A stretch of DNA of 64,000 bases from assembly GCA_963678065.2 (NCBI GenBank), contig CAXXVZ010000003.1, forward strand, positions 224,001-288,000. Direction: 5' to 3'. A model generated the notes under the pieces. It ran no database searches. It was not told where the DNA came from and saw only the letters and a program-made list of their open reading frames with translations. The position numbers and the translations under genes are program-made. Positions 28,302 through 38,816 of this stretch are shown here, piece by piece; position 1 is the first letter of the stretch; each line of letters starts with the position of its first letter. The DNA comes from Treponemataceae bacterium. Its GTDB lineage: Bacteria > Spirochaetota > Spirochaetia > Treponematales > Rectinemataceae.

Positions 28302-29769
28302 ATCCGTACAGAAAAAAGGGAAACCAAAGATCAATTCCATGGTGTAGAATGAATTGGACAAACAACCATTCACACCCGGAGGATGATCTTGAGCTTCCTC
28401 ATCCAGTCTACCAAGGAACACATCGAAAGCGAGCTCGAGTATGTTCCAGTTCGCGAGACACTCCGCATCTATCTCGGCCGCATGGCAAAAAAGACAGCCG
28501 GTCTGATTACCTCGCTGTTCAACTGCAACGTGGCGCTGCTCAGGCTGGCAGACATCACGCCGCTCGATGTCGAGGGGCGGCGGTACATCCCGGTGGATGT
28601 CGATGCCTCGACGCTCGACAACGGAAAGTCACACAAGGAAGGCGTGGAACGGACCTACCTGGAGACGGATGGTTTCGCCCTATCTTCAGCTACATCGGCA
28701 CCGAGGGCTACCTGCTCGGCTGCGAACTCAGACCCGGTACCAGCACAGCCAGAAGGATACGCCCGAGTTTCTCGCGCGGAATCTCGAGATGATCAAGGAA
28801 CTGGGATTGCCGCATCCCATTCTGTTCCGGCTCGACAGCGGGAATGACGCCATCGACACCATCAGGAAGCTCGTCACACCGGGGGGGCTTCTTCTTGATC
28901 AAGCGGAATCTTCGCAGGGAATCTCTGGAACAGTGGCGCGAGATCGCCGAGACGCTCGGGGTGGCGCATCATCTGCGACCCGGGAAGAATGTCTACACGG
29001 GGACGATCACGAAGGTGCACCCCAAGACTGATCCCGAGATGCCGGACTTCGACGTTGCCTTCGAAGTCACCGTCCAGACTTCGGATCATCAGGGCAACGA
29101 GTTTCTCGTGCCGGAGGTAGAAGTCGAGATCTGGTGGACGAACCTCTTCGAGCCACCTGAGGTGATCATCGGGCTATATCACGACCACGGGACGAGCGAG
29201 CAGTTCCACAGCGAGCTCAAGAGCGACATGGGTGTGGAGCGGCTGCCGTCGGGTTCAATGAAGGTCAATGCGCTGATTCTCATGATCTCGATGCTCGCCT
29301 TCAACACGCTGCGGTTCATCGGGCAGCGGTCGCTCTCAAAGCCCGACCTTCTGCCGTCAAAGCCGGACGTTGCGTGCAAGCGGCTGAGGAAAGTGATCGC
29401 GGACCTTATCATGGTTGGCTGCAAGCTTGTCGCACATGGACGACGGCTGGCCCTTCGGATTTGGGAGTACAATCCCTGGCTGCCAGTCTTCAATGAGCTG
29501 TATGCCGAGTTCCTAAGGCTGTAGAACGCCGCGCCTTGTGCCAGCCCGCCGCCTCTCCTCGCGATGAAGTTGGCGAAGCCTACCCGGCGGATATATCAGG
29601 ATCCTCTTTGGAGGATTCTGTGGCTTCGGTGCCCTGCAACCATCTCGCTTCACGATTGAGAAACAACGAATCGGCCATCACATGTTGGAATTCCGGTGAC
29701 ATAGACGATCAGAGGGTCTAGTTTCAGCTCCAGAGAAGCTCTGTTCAGGTCATTTTATACGGATTAAGG
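28297..29769 (+). mobile_element. IS1380-family element with frameshifted transposase
   Basis: IRs CCTGAATCCGTA / TACGGATTAAGG, TAATA on both flanks; VDVDASTLDN, FRLDSGND, YHDHGTSEQFHSELKSD split over three frames (28383-29524). Confidence 0.88.
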
Positions 29770-29797
29770 TTAATATTTTGCTACTAGGGGTTAACGA

Positions 29798-31096
29798 TTG
29801 CATAAAGAGAAATATACCGGGAAAATTCTGCACCGATTATTAATGATAAACGGATATAGCTATCCGGAAAAGATAGCCTTTTCTATTATGGAATTGAGTC
29901 TTTATAAGACGTTTGCCCAATATCATATATTGACTGATGTTATTACTCCGACGCCTGTTCGTGGAATTTCTGACGATGAATACGAAAAATATTATTATGT
30001 GACCGAAGAAGATATGTATGATGGTTGGGTTAAAATTCACAGGTATAAACTTGGTAAAGAAAAAAACGCTATCATTAAACGCGCTTTTAGATATGTCAAA
30101 GGTGCTGCCAAATCTTATTTCAGTGGCATTTCGTATAAAGATTCTGAATTGATTTTTTCAACAAGCACACCCCCTATGCAGGGATTTCTTTGTGGCTTGG
30201 TTAAAAATAAACTTAGGATACCATTCGTATATTATCTATGTGATGTATTCCCAGATTCGCTAGTTAATTGTGGGTTAACGCGTAAGGGATCATTGGTGTG
30301 GAAAATCGGTAGAGTAATTGAGAATTATACATATAAAAAAGCCAATAAAATAATTGTTGTAAGCCATGATTTCAAGCAGAATCTTCTTGCTAAAGGGGTT
30401 CCGGAAGATAAAATTGAGATTGTATATAATTGGATAGATCCAGACTCAGTTATACCCATACCGAGAAAAGATAACAAACTGTTCGATGATTATGCACTTG
30501 ATCGTGACGGGTTCTATATCGTTTATGCTGGTAATTTGGGAACAGCTCAGGGTGTCCGTATACTTGTCGATGCTGCAGCAATACTGAGAGAAGAAAACAT
30601 AAATTTTGTTATATTTGGCAATGGAACAGAAGAGGAAGATATACGACGCAGAATAAAAAGTCTACACTTGACAAACATTCATGTATTCCCAATGCAACCT
30701 CTTTCTAGGATAAGTGAAGTGTACAGTCTGGGGAATGTTTCCCTTGTTTCGTGCAAGCCGGGCTTCGGAAGCGTTGGTATGCCCTCGAAAACGTGGAGTA
30801 TTATGTCTGCAGCGGTGCCGGTGTTGTTGTGTTTCGATGATGGCACAGAATTAAAAGACATTGTTGTGGGTAATAACTGCGGAGTATTTTCAAAGGCGGG
30901 TGACAATTGGGCTCTGGCTGAGATGATTATGAGCCTTTATAAATCGGATTCGGTGTATTTGAGTAACCTTGGTCATAATGGGCGGAATTTTGTTACTAAT
31001 AATATGTCAACCAAGATATGTACCAATAAAATAATAAACATATTTTTAACTGCTTTAGAAAAGGCTATACCGAATGATGAAGACTATAATCATTGA
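29798..31096 (+). CDS. GT4 glycosyltransferase (WbuB-like)
   Basis: STPPMQG, DVFPDS, VYNW, YAGNLGTAQG, MPSKTWSIM. Confidence 0.88.
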   Translation: MHKEKYTGKILHRLLMINGYSYPEKIAFSIMELSLYKTFAQYHILTDVITPTPVRGISDDEYEKYYYVTEEDMYDGWVKIHRYKLGKEKNAIIKRAFRYVKGAAKSYFSGISYKDSELIFSTSTPPMQGFLCGLVKNKLRIPFVYYLCDVFPDSLVNCGLTRKGSLVWKIGRVIENYTYKKANKIIVVSHDFKQNLLAKGVPEDKIEIVYNWIDPDSVIPIPRKDNKLFDDYALDRDGFYIVYAGNLGTAQGVRILVDAAAILREENINFVIFGNGTEEEDIRRRIKSLHLTNIHVFPMQPLSRISEVYSLGNVSLVSCKPGFGSVGMPSKTWSIMSAAVPVLLCFDDGTELKDIVVGNNCGVFSKAGDNWALAEMIMSLYKSDSVYLSNLGHNGRNFVTNNMSTKICTNKIINIFLTALEKAIPNDEDYNH

Positions 31097-32087
31097 TGTC
31101 GCATATACTTCTGGTGGCGCTGAAACCATCCTGCGTCAGTATTACAGAGACAGCGTTATGAAGACCAATGATGAGTGGATTTTCATAACCAGTAATATAG
31201 AATTAGAAGAAGCTGAAAACATTCAACTTATTCGATATCCCAAAGCAGCCACTTCGATATTATATCGATTTCTTTTCGATTATATTATAGCACCTTATCT
31301 TGTTAGAAAGTATAAGCCTGATCGAATACTTTCTCTTCAAAACGTGGATGTACCATGGGTTACTGTACCTCAAACGATTTATCTGCATCAATCAATTCCT
31401 TTTACTACAGTTAAAATGAAATTTTCTATAGATAAAAGGCTGTGGTTTTATCAAAATATATATAAATACAGAATTCGTCAGATGTTATATCGAGCAGATA
31501 AAGTAATCGTACAAACGAACTGGATGAAAGACGGCTGTATACAACTGGCAAAAATCAGTCCGGAAAAAATTGAAGTAATTATTCCACGTCTGATATTTGA
31601 CAGCGGTGTTGTATACAAAGGCGATAACCATCCTAAGTTTTTTTATCCAGCAAATGGGCATTATCATAAAAACCATCGAATTATCCTTGAGGCAGCAATA
31701 CTATTAAAGAAGAATGGCATAAATGGCTATGACATTACCTTTACTCTAGCTGGAGATGAAAACGAAAATGTTAGAATGCTGTTTGATAAAACGGAAAAAG
31801 AGGGTTTGCCAATATACTTCGTTGGGACTATTCCATATTCAACTATGATGGAGTATTACAAAGAGTGTATTTTACTGTTTCCGTCCTATGTCGAATCATA
31901 TGGCCTGCCGCTACTTGAAGCAAAAACAGCCGGATGTCCAATTATTGCAGCAGATACACCATTTGCGCATGAAATATTAGACGGGTATCCTATCAGTACA
32001 CTGTTTAAATATGATGAGGCTGATACACTATATAAATATATGAAGAGTATTATAATTTCACACAAGTTGCCACTCCATTCTAGGTGA
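31074..32087 (+). CDS. GT4 glycosyltransferase
   Basis: SGGA, FYPA..HKNH, FPSYVESYGLPLLEA. Confidence 0.9.
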   Translation: MMKTIIIDVAYTSGGAETILRQYYRDSVMKTNDEWIFITSNIELEEAENIQLIRYPKAATSILYRFLFDYIIAPYLVRKYKPDRILSLQNVDVPWVTVPQTIYLHQSIPFTTVKMKFSIDKRLWFYQNIYKYRIRQMLYRADKVIVQTNWMKDGCIQLAKISPEKIEVIIPRLIFDSGVVYKGDNHPKFFYPANGHYHKNHRIILEAAILLKKNGINGYDITFTLAGDENENVRMLFDKTEKEGLPIYFVGTIPYSTMMEYYKECILLFPSYVESYGLPLLEAKTAGCPIIAADTPFAHEILDGYPISTLFKYDEADTLYKYMKSIIISHKLPLHSR

Positions 32088-32091
32088 TGAA

Positions 32092-33432
32092 ATGAAGCCA
32101 GCAGGAGTTGTTCTAGTCGTTATTGTAATTTGGCTAATGCTGAAATATCAAGATGTAAAGGTATTGTATGCACGATTGTTAGGTATTGCAATATCTTTGG
32201 AACTGTTTGTTAATATCGGCTATTTTGCAATACTTGGCACAAATGAAATTATGTACAGCGACATATTAGTAGGCTTGACTTCATTATTATCCCTTTCTTT
32301 AGGTGTGGTGAGAAAGCGAAGTCAAGTTAAAGAAAATACTAATCTCAATATAAAAGCACTATTATTCATTATTGCTCTAATTTTCAGTTGCATATTACTT
32401 GTGGCTATGCCGTTTAGGAGTGATAGTAATGTAGTTCTGTCAGTATTTACATTTATGCAGTCTGACATAAACAACACAATAGCTTTCAATGGATCAACGA
32501 TATTGCGCTTTATACGATTTATATTATTCGTTATTTGTGGCGTGGGTATCGTAAATTGTAATGAAGGCAGGAATGACCTTATAAGAATAAGCATACGTTA
32601 TGTTTACAATTTCGGCATTTTCATCTTTATTTATCTTGTTTTTGAGTTTACTACGAAAAGTATTTTAAAGAGTCTATTGTCATATGATTTGACTGCATTG
32701 TTATTTGGGCGAGGTGGGTCCACGTTGAGTTATCTGCTAAATCGAGGTGGTTTATATGCTTTACAGGGCTTGACGAGAGAGCCGATCTATCTTTCAACCG
32801 GACTGTTTACTGCAAGTATAATCATTTTTCTTTCTGATTTAGACAAAAAAAGAAAATATTTTTTCATTATTTGCTCAGCAATCTATATTTTGGCTTCTGC
32901 GTCTTTCTCTGGGGTCTTGTTTGGGCTTATGCTGTTTATTATTGTGAATAAAGGTAATAATAGCGCACCTTTCAAGATTGCAACAATCGCGGGAATAATA
33001 ATAGTATTTGTTCTGTTCATAATTAACAATACAACGATTACATATATTAACTATGTGATACAGCGGATGTTTAATTTTTTGTCGTTTCTCTCAAAAGACT
33101 TTATTTTCAATAATTCGACGTCCGATCAAACTAGGTTGAAGGGTATTATAGAAGCGTTTTATTTTTGGATACATAGACCTTTATTCGGCATCGGGCTTGG
33201 AACATATGATACATACGCAGCGATACCAAGCATACTATGCAATATTGGTATTGTCGGTACAGTAGCTTGGTGCTCATTTGCTAAAGCGATGTTCGGGAAG
33301 TCTTTAAAAAAAACATCCCAAACCGTGCTTGTATGTATGATAATTGCATTTACCTTCAGCGGATCAATTGGAATTATGTATTCTATCTCATTACTTTTTA
33401 TTTTATATCTATTGAGAGATGAAAGGTTGTAA
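32092..33432 (+). CDS. wzy: Wzy polysaccharide polymerase
   Basis: About 11 TM, AT-rich, LQGLTREP, R...RPLFGIGLG periplasmic-loop pattern; position within wzx/GT cluster. Confidence 0.75.
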   Translation: MKPAGVVLVVIVIWLMLKYQDVKVLYARLLGIAISLELFVNIGYFAILGTNEIMYSDILVGLTSLLSLSLGVVRKRSQVKENTNLNIKALLFIIALIFSCILLVAMPFRSDSNVVLSVFTFMQSDINNTIAFNGSTILRFIRFILFVICGVGIVNCNEGRNDLIRISIRYVYNFGIFIFIYLVFEFTTKSILKSLLSYDLTALLFGRGGSTLSYLLNRGGLYALQGLTREPIYLSTGLFTASIIIFLSDLDKKRKYFFIICSAIYILASASFSGVLFGLMLFIIVNKGNNSAPFKIATIAGIIIVFVLFIINNTTITYINYVIQRMFNFLSFLSKDFIFNNSTSDQTRLKGIIEAFYFWIHRPLFGIGLGTYDTYAAIPSILCNIGIVGTVAWCSFAKAMFGKSLKKTSQTVLVCMIIAFTFSGSIGIMYSISLLFILYLLRDERL

Positions 33433-33639
33433 GCACCAATAACAGGAACCCTGCATTCGCGGAATATTTTATATGATACTTACTGCAATGCTATATAGTA
33501 TAATACTATAATAATATTATTGCATATTTGTGCCATATAATATTTATATGATACTCTAATATTGTTCTCGAATATATACCCAGGAAAAACGAGATTGTCA
33601 GGTTAGTGAAGGAAACAGCTGAAATCGTTCTGACAAGAG

Positions 33640-34213
33640 TATGGTGGACCCCGAAAACTGGACAGCAGAGGAAAGTTGCTGTTCAATGATGAACGGGGGG
33701 AATCATGGGAGAACATCGCATCCGGAGAACTGCCCAACTCACGTTCACGATCGCAGTTGAAGCGATAAAAGGGCAGAAGCAGATCAGTGAACTCGCAACG
33801 GAGTATGGAGTGCATCCCCAGCAGATAAGCGAATGGAAACGGCAATTGCTCGAGCATGGGACCGACGTGTTCGCCAGTGTAGCAGAACGTGATGCCAAAC
33901 GGATAGAAGAAGAACGAGAAGAGCTCTACAAAACGGTTGGGCACCAGAAAGTACAGATTGATTGGTTAAAAAAAAGTCTCAGGATCTCCCGATTACCGAA
34001 CGAAGAGCCCTGATCATGGCGCACACTGAGTTGAGTATCACTGAGCAATGCGCCTTGGTCGAGCTTCATCGATCGACATATTACTATGGTGCACAAGGAG
34101 AAACGGAAGAAAATCTGATGTATATGCGTCGAATAGACGAACTGTATACCGACAATCCCGCATGGGGATCCCGGAAGATGCGGGACAGACTACGCGAGGA
34201 AGGTCATGGCGTG
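33640..34213 (+). mobile_element. truncated second copy of the IS3 element (IRL, orfA 33705-34013, start of orfB)
   Basis: Near-identical reverse complement of 24636-25209 (two substitutions noticed by eye). Confidence 0.95.
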
Positions 34214-34237
34214 TGTCAACGCCGACGAGAAATTGCC
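34214..34237 (+). repeat. isolated left arm of the 53-bp IS21-type MITE
   Basis: TGTCAACGCCGACGAGAAATTGCC, identical to 61298-61321. Confidence 0.9.
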
Positions 34238-34791
34238 TAATCACGGTCTATACCGTGACAGATGCGAGTGTGCATGACAGCAATGAATTGGAAAAGCTTG
34301 TTGATATCAAGAAAGACACATCGGTGTATGCAGATAGCGCATACAAAGGCGAAGAGATAGAAAAATGCCTTGGCAGCGATATTGAAAATAACATCATCGA
34401 GAAAGGATATCGGAACAAGCCTCTGACAGACGAACAGAAAGTGCAGAACCGGATAAAATCGAAAACACGAGTGAGGATAGAGCATGTGTTTGGATTCATG
34501 ACGACCACATTGCGAGGGATCATGATACGGAGCATCGGAAAAGTGAGAGCGGAGTTCAATATTGGATTACTGAATCTGACATACAATATGTGTCGGTATA
34601 TCTTTCTTGTCAGGAGTCCATGCTAAGGGGAACTGGTAGGCTCGAGACCTCGAGCTGGTGATAATCGCTTGCAAATTCAGTGTTCTGAAGGACGGGAATC
34701 ATGCTGAAACATCGAATTCCCCGTCAAGGTAGTGAAGTGGTGGCTGCATGAAGACCAGATTTGACTTCGAAGCTGGTTTTTCGAGGTGCCC
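34238..34791 (+). mobile_element. IS5-family element, 3' fragment
   Basis: VTDASVHDS, VYADSAY, RVRIEHVFG, NLTYNMCR (ends 34626); terminus TTTTTCGAGGTGCCC followed by TTAA. Confidence 0.85.
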
Positions 34792-34839
34792 TTAAATATT
34801 GCTGAAATCAGTAATTCTTATCAGTAAAAAGCAGTAAAG

Positions 34840-34872
34840 AATTTTTTCGGTATAAAATCGCGGGAATCCAGG
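34840..34872 (-). mobile_element. orphan IS1634-type terminus
   Basis: TTTTTTCGGTATAAAATCGCGGGAATCCAGG resembles the end at 47522-47555 (TTTTTCCCTTGGTATAATTTTCCGGGAATCCAGG). Confidence 0.6.
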
Positions 34873-34890
34873 TTGAAGAGCAATAATTAT

Positions 34891-36114
34891 ATGCGAATAC
34901 TAATACTATCTCAATTTTGCGATCCGGAGCCCACTTTTAAAGGATTAGCCTTTGCAAAGGAACTTATGGACCTCGGCCATGATGTTCAAATCTTAACTGG
35001 TTTCCCTAACTATCCCAAAGGTAGTATTTCCCTTGGATATAAAAATCGTCTATTCCAACGCGAATTTATTGAAGGTGTTTCAATTATAAGAGTAGCACTT
35101 TATCCAAGCCACGATAATTCAAATAGTAAACGAATGCTTAGCTATATTAGCTTTGCGTTTTTTGCATCTATCCCAGGATTATTCCTCGTAAAAAAGCCAG
35201 ATTTAATTTACGTTTACTATACCCACATTACAATAGAAGTACCAGCCATGATGCTGAAATTTCTACGTAGAGTACCTATTGTATATGATATTATGGATCT
35301 TTGGCCAGATACACTGAATGTTAGTGGTATGAAAGTCAGTAAATGGTTTTTAAAGTCTGTTGAATCATGGTGTCATTTTTCATATCGTATGGCTGATCAT
35401 ATAGTTGTTCCTTCTCCATCTCAAAAAAAGATTCTGAATGAGAGGGGCGTTCCTAAAGATAAGGTCTCGGTAATATATAACTGGAGTTATGAATTTCATA
35501 CAATATCGAATGTTTTTTCCGAAACTGAAAAACATAAAATTAATGATAAAGGATACTTTACTATTGTCTATGCAGGAAATATGGGTAAGGCACAAGCTCT
35601 TGATGCTGTGCTTGAAGCAGCTCTAATTATTGCAAATAAATCACTTGATATTAATTTTATCTTCATTGGTTGGGGAGTTGACGTTTCGCGTTTACAACAA
35701 AAAAAAGTAGAAAAAAAAGTATTCAACGTTATTTTTCTTCCTCAAATCCCCGTATCAGAAATTGGATCTATATTCAGAATGGCTGATGCTCTGTTGGTCC
35801 ACCTTAAGGATACTCCTTTATTTGAAATGACAATACCTTCAAAAACTCAGGCATATCTTGCAGCTGGTCGTCCTATAATTATGGCTGCGCGTGGAGATGC
35901 GGCTGAGTTAGTTGAAAAAGCCGGAGCAGGTATTGCTTGTATTCCAGAAGATGCTGAAAGCATTTCCTCCGCCATCGAAAAGATGTATCATTTGCCTCAA
36001 GTACAGAGGGATATTATGGGAAATAATGGTTTGCATTACTATTGGCAAGAACTATCGAGGAATATTGGTGTAAAAAAATTCAACAAACTATTTACTTCAT
36101 TGGTATCAAAATGA
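34891..36114 (+). CDS. GT4 glycosyltransferase (WbuB-like)
   Basis: MRILILSQFCDPEP, TGFPNYP, DLWPD, YAGNMGKAQAL, IPSKTQAY. Confidence 0.92.
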   Translation: MRILILSQFCDPEPTFKGLAFAKELMDLGHDVQILTGFPNYPKGSISLGYKNRLFQREFIEGVSIIRVALYPSHDNSNSKRMLSYISFAFFASIPGLFLVKKPDLIYVYYTHITIEVPAMMLKFLRRVPIVYDIMDLWPDTLNVSGMKVSKWFLKSVESWCHFSYRMADHIVVPSPSQKKILNERGVPKDKVSVIYNWSYEFHTISNVFSETEKHKINDKGYFTIVYAGNMGKAQALDAVLEAALIIANKSLDINFIFIGWGVDVSRLQQKKVEKKVFNVIFLPQIPVSEIGSIFRMADALLVHLKDTPLFEMTIPSKTQAYLAAGRPIIMAARGDAAELVEKAGAGIACIPEDAESISSAIEKMYHLPQVQRDIMGNNGLHYYWQELSRNIGVKKFNKLFTSLVSK

Positions 36115-36740
36115 ACGAAAAGACAACGATACATAGAGTATGCAACTATTTCACCTGTCATTATTCAAGGTGTAGTAGTTTTTGGGGAAGATTGCTCTTC
36201 CGCCACGGTGAAACAGAAAGAAGACAAATTGTTAGTCAATGGATTCCTACGACGCAAGGCCTTAGCATTATTGATGTTGGCTGTGGTGATGGTAAATTTC
36301 TTTCTTCAATTATCTCCGGCTATCCAAAGAAGATTGTGATTGAAGATATTTCAAGCTCGAATATATCGGAAGCATATCAAAATCTTAAAAATAAAGCTGA
36401 GGACGTAGAAAAACATGTATGTAACTCTTTAATAGCAGAATTCGGTAATTTTGACTTGGTATTAGCTATTGGTATTTTCGATTATTACCCAAATTGGAAA
36501 AATTTTCTTAAGAAACTGCTGCTTCATTCACAAGAGTGTATTATTATAAGTCTGCCTAGAATCGATCACCTCAGAAATTGGGTTCGTTTTGTGTGGTTCC
36601 TTATACATGGCATTCAACTACAGATGCTAGATCGAAAACGACTTGTAAACGCAATTACTATATTAGGACTACCCTTCGAGATACAACTAGCTCGTTTTGA
36701 ATGGTTCGTGCGTATATTTACAAATAAAAAGCCAAAATGA
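36111..36740 (+). CDS. class I SAM-dependent methyltransferase
   Basis: IIDVGCGDG motif I, FDLVLAIGIFDY; ATGA-coupled to the upstream GT. Confidence 0.85.
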   Translation: MNEKTTIHRVCNYFTCHYSRCSSFWGRLLFRHGETERRQIVSQWIPTTQGLSIIDVGCGDGKFLSSIISGYPKKIVIEDISSSNISEAYQNLKNKAEDVEKHVCNSLIAEFGNFDLVLAIGIFDYYPNWKNFLKKLLLHSQECIIISLPRIDHLRNWVRFVWFLIHGIQLQMLDRKRLVNAITILGLPFEIQLARFEWFVRIFTNKKPK

Positions 36741-38137
36741 GAATTGTTCTGATCAATCCGTCTTTTTCTTCTCGAATCGAAGGGCATTGGTCTGGTTATG
36801 CCTCATTAGGACTCGCGTATCTTGCTGCGGTACTTCTTGAAAAAAAACATGATGTTTTTATAATTGATGGAAAAATAAAAAAAATTCCACTTAACGATAT
36901 CGTACAACGTTGCGTACAATTAAAGCCAGATCTTGTGGGGATATCTTCTATGACTGTAGATTTCCCAATGACAAAAAAAATTGCTTATTACATTAAGCAA
37001 CAGAGTAATATCCCTATTATTCTTGGAGGCGCACACAGCAATGCGATAGGAGAAGGAGCTCTTGCAGAGTGTTTAGATATTGATTTTTGTTGTGTTGGAG
37101 AAGGAGAACAACTTTTACTTGAATTAATTGCTTGCATTAAAGTACAAAGTCACTTTGATGAGGTTAAAGGACTTGTTTATAGGAATAATAACGATATTGT
37201 GGTGAATACTTCTAGACCCTATCGCCTTGATTACGATATTTTACCATTTCCTGCATGGCACCTTTTTCCCCCTATGTCAAAACTCCCAATACTTACGTAT
37301 CGAGGGTGTCCTTTTAAATGTGTTTTTTGTAGTCACAATTCTGGAAATACAGCAAGATATCGAAGTGTTGATGATGTTATTGCTGAACTTTTGTACATTC
37401 ACAAACATTATCAACCCAAACAGATACAATTTGAAGATGAGACTTTTGGTTTAGATACTGAAAGGACTAAAGTAATTTTACAAAAAATAATTGATTGTAA
37501 ATTGAATCAACGAATATGTTTTTCTGCACAAACTCGAGTGGATTGCGTTGATAAGAAATTTCTGGATCTACTCAAGGCTGCCAACTTTACCATCTTGGAA
37601 CTTGGTGTGGAATCTGGCAGTGATGAAGTGCTAAAACGTATCGGGAAAGGGATAACAATTGCCCAGGTTAAAGAGGCTGTCAAATTGGCTCGAGAGAGTC
37701 GATTGAACGTATGGTGTAAATTTATTCTTGGCCATCCAAACGAAACAATTCATGAAATGCAGGAAACAGTACGTTTAATCAGCGATTTAAATCCAAACCA
37801 GCTATCAGTGGCTATTATGACGCCTTATCCTGGAACGCCAATATACAGAATGGCAATAAATGGAGAAAATGGCTATCGGCTTCTTTCCTCTGAATGGGAA
37901 TCATTTGACAAGTATATGGGAGCGGCTCTTGAATTAGAAACTGTGAGTTTGACGCGACTTAAATTGATTCAGATCTGGTGTTATCTGCGTCTTTATTTAT
38001 CAAATTTTCGATTTCTCGATTTCTTTTGCCTTCTGTTTCGTCAACATATAATGGTTTTTGGATTGGCTAAAAATCTTTTGACACAAATACTAAAAAAAGT
38101 ATTCAATATGGCCAATGGAGAGAGGCGAAATGGATAA
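36737..38137 (+). CDS. cobalamin-binding radical SAM enzyme
   Basis: N-terminal B12-binding domain (LGLAYLAA, PDLVGIS, ILGGAH, VGEGE) plus RGCPFKCVFC CX3CX2C, GVESG, PYPGT. Confidence 0.93.
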   Translation: MRIVLINPSFSSRIEGHWSGYASLGLAYLAAVLLEKKHDVFIIDGKIKKIPLNDIVQRCVQLKPDLVGISSMTVDFPMTKKIAYYIKQQSNIPIILGGAHSNAIGEGALAECLDIDFCCVGEGEQLLLELIACIKVQSHFDEVKGLVYRNNNDIVVNTSRPYRLDYDILPFPAWHLFPPMSKLPILTYRGCPFKCVFCSHNSGNTARYRSVDDVIAELLYIHKHYQPKQIQFEDETFGLDTERTKVILQKIIDCKLNQRICFSAQTRVDCVDKKFLDLLKAANFTILELGVESGSDEVLKRIGKGITIAQVKEAVKLARESRLNVWCKFILGHPNETIHEMQETVRLISDLNPNQLSVAIMTPYPGTPIYRMAINGENGYRLLSSEWESFDKYMGAALELETVSLTRLKLIQIWCYLRLYLSNFRFLDFFCLLFRQHIMVFGLAKNLLTQILKKVFNMANGERRNG

Positions 38138-38816
38138 TGGGGAAAAACCACAAAAACGAATCTTGGTTATTTCGCCACACGCTGATGATGAAGTTATTGG
38201 ATGTGGTGGGATGATTACTCTTGCCTCAAAAGCTGGCATAAATGTAACTATAATCGTCATGTCTACTGGTGGAGTAAAACATTGTCACCTAAAGGAAATG
38301 GCAGTAACAGAAAAACGAGTTTCGGAATTAAAGACATGTGCACTGCAACTAGGAGCTTCTTGTACAAAGGTACTATTTCCAGACAAGGATATGAAATTGG
38401 AAACGATACCCAGTTTAGAAATTGTAACTTCTCTTGATAATGTACTAAATGAAAATGAGTATGATGAATGTTATCTTCCTGAACCTAGTTATAATATAGA
38501 TCATCGAATAACATATGAATCCGCAATGGCGGCTTTGAGACCTGGTGCAAGGCGATATCCACTTATGGTTGCCACTTTTGAAGGGACAACCTCGGGTTGG
38601 TGGAGCAAAGCAATAACAGGTGGTTCATTCTATGTGAATATAACGTCAACCATTGAAAACAAGCTTTTTGCTTTTAAGGCTTACCAAAGTCAAATACGTT
38701 CTTATCCTAATTTAATTTCTTCAAAAGCAATAAGAAGGTTAGCGTCATTTCGAGGAATGCAGTGTGGCGTCGAATACGCCGAATTATTTCAGATAATTCG
38801 TATGATAAAAATATGA
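38130..38816 (+). CDS. PIG-L/LmbE family N-deacetylase
   Basis: ISPHADDEVIGCGG, IDH, YQSQ, YAELF. Confidence 0.9.
   Translation: MDNGEKPQKRILVISPHADDEVIGCGGMITLASKAGINVTIIVMSTGGVKHCHLKEMAVTEKRVSELKTCALQLGASCTKVLFPDKDMKLETIPSLEIVTSLDNVLNENEYDECYLPEPSYNIDHRITYESAMAALRPGARRYPLMVATFEGTTSGWWSKAITGGSFYVNITSTIENKLFAFKAYQSQIRSYPNLISSKAIRRLASFRGMQCGVEYAELFQIIRMIKI

Noticed and set aside
33468..33555. Direct repeat TTTATATGATACT x2 after wzy
   Set aside because: Only two copies in very AT-rich DNA; may be chance or an unassignable binding site
33596..33635. TGTCAG...CTGACA 40-bp segment as another mini-element
   Set aside because: Only a 6-bp IR and no target duplication
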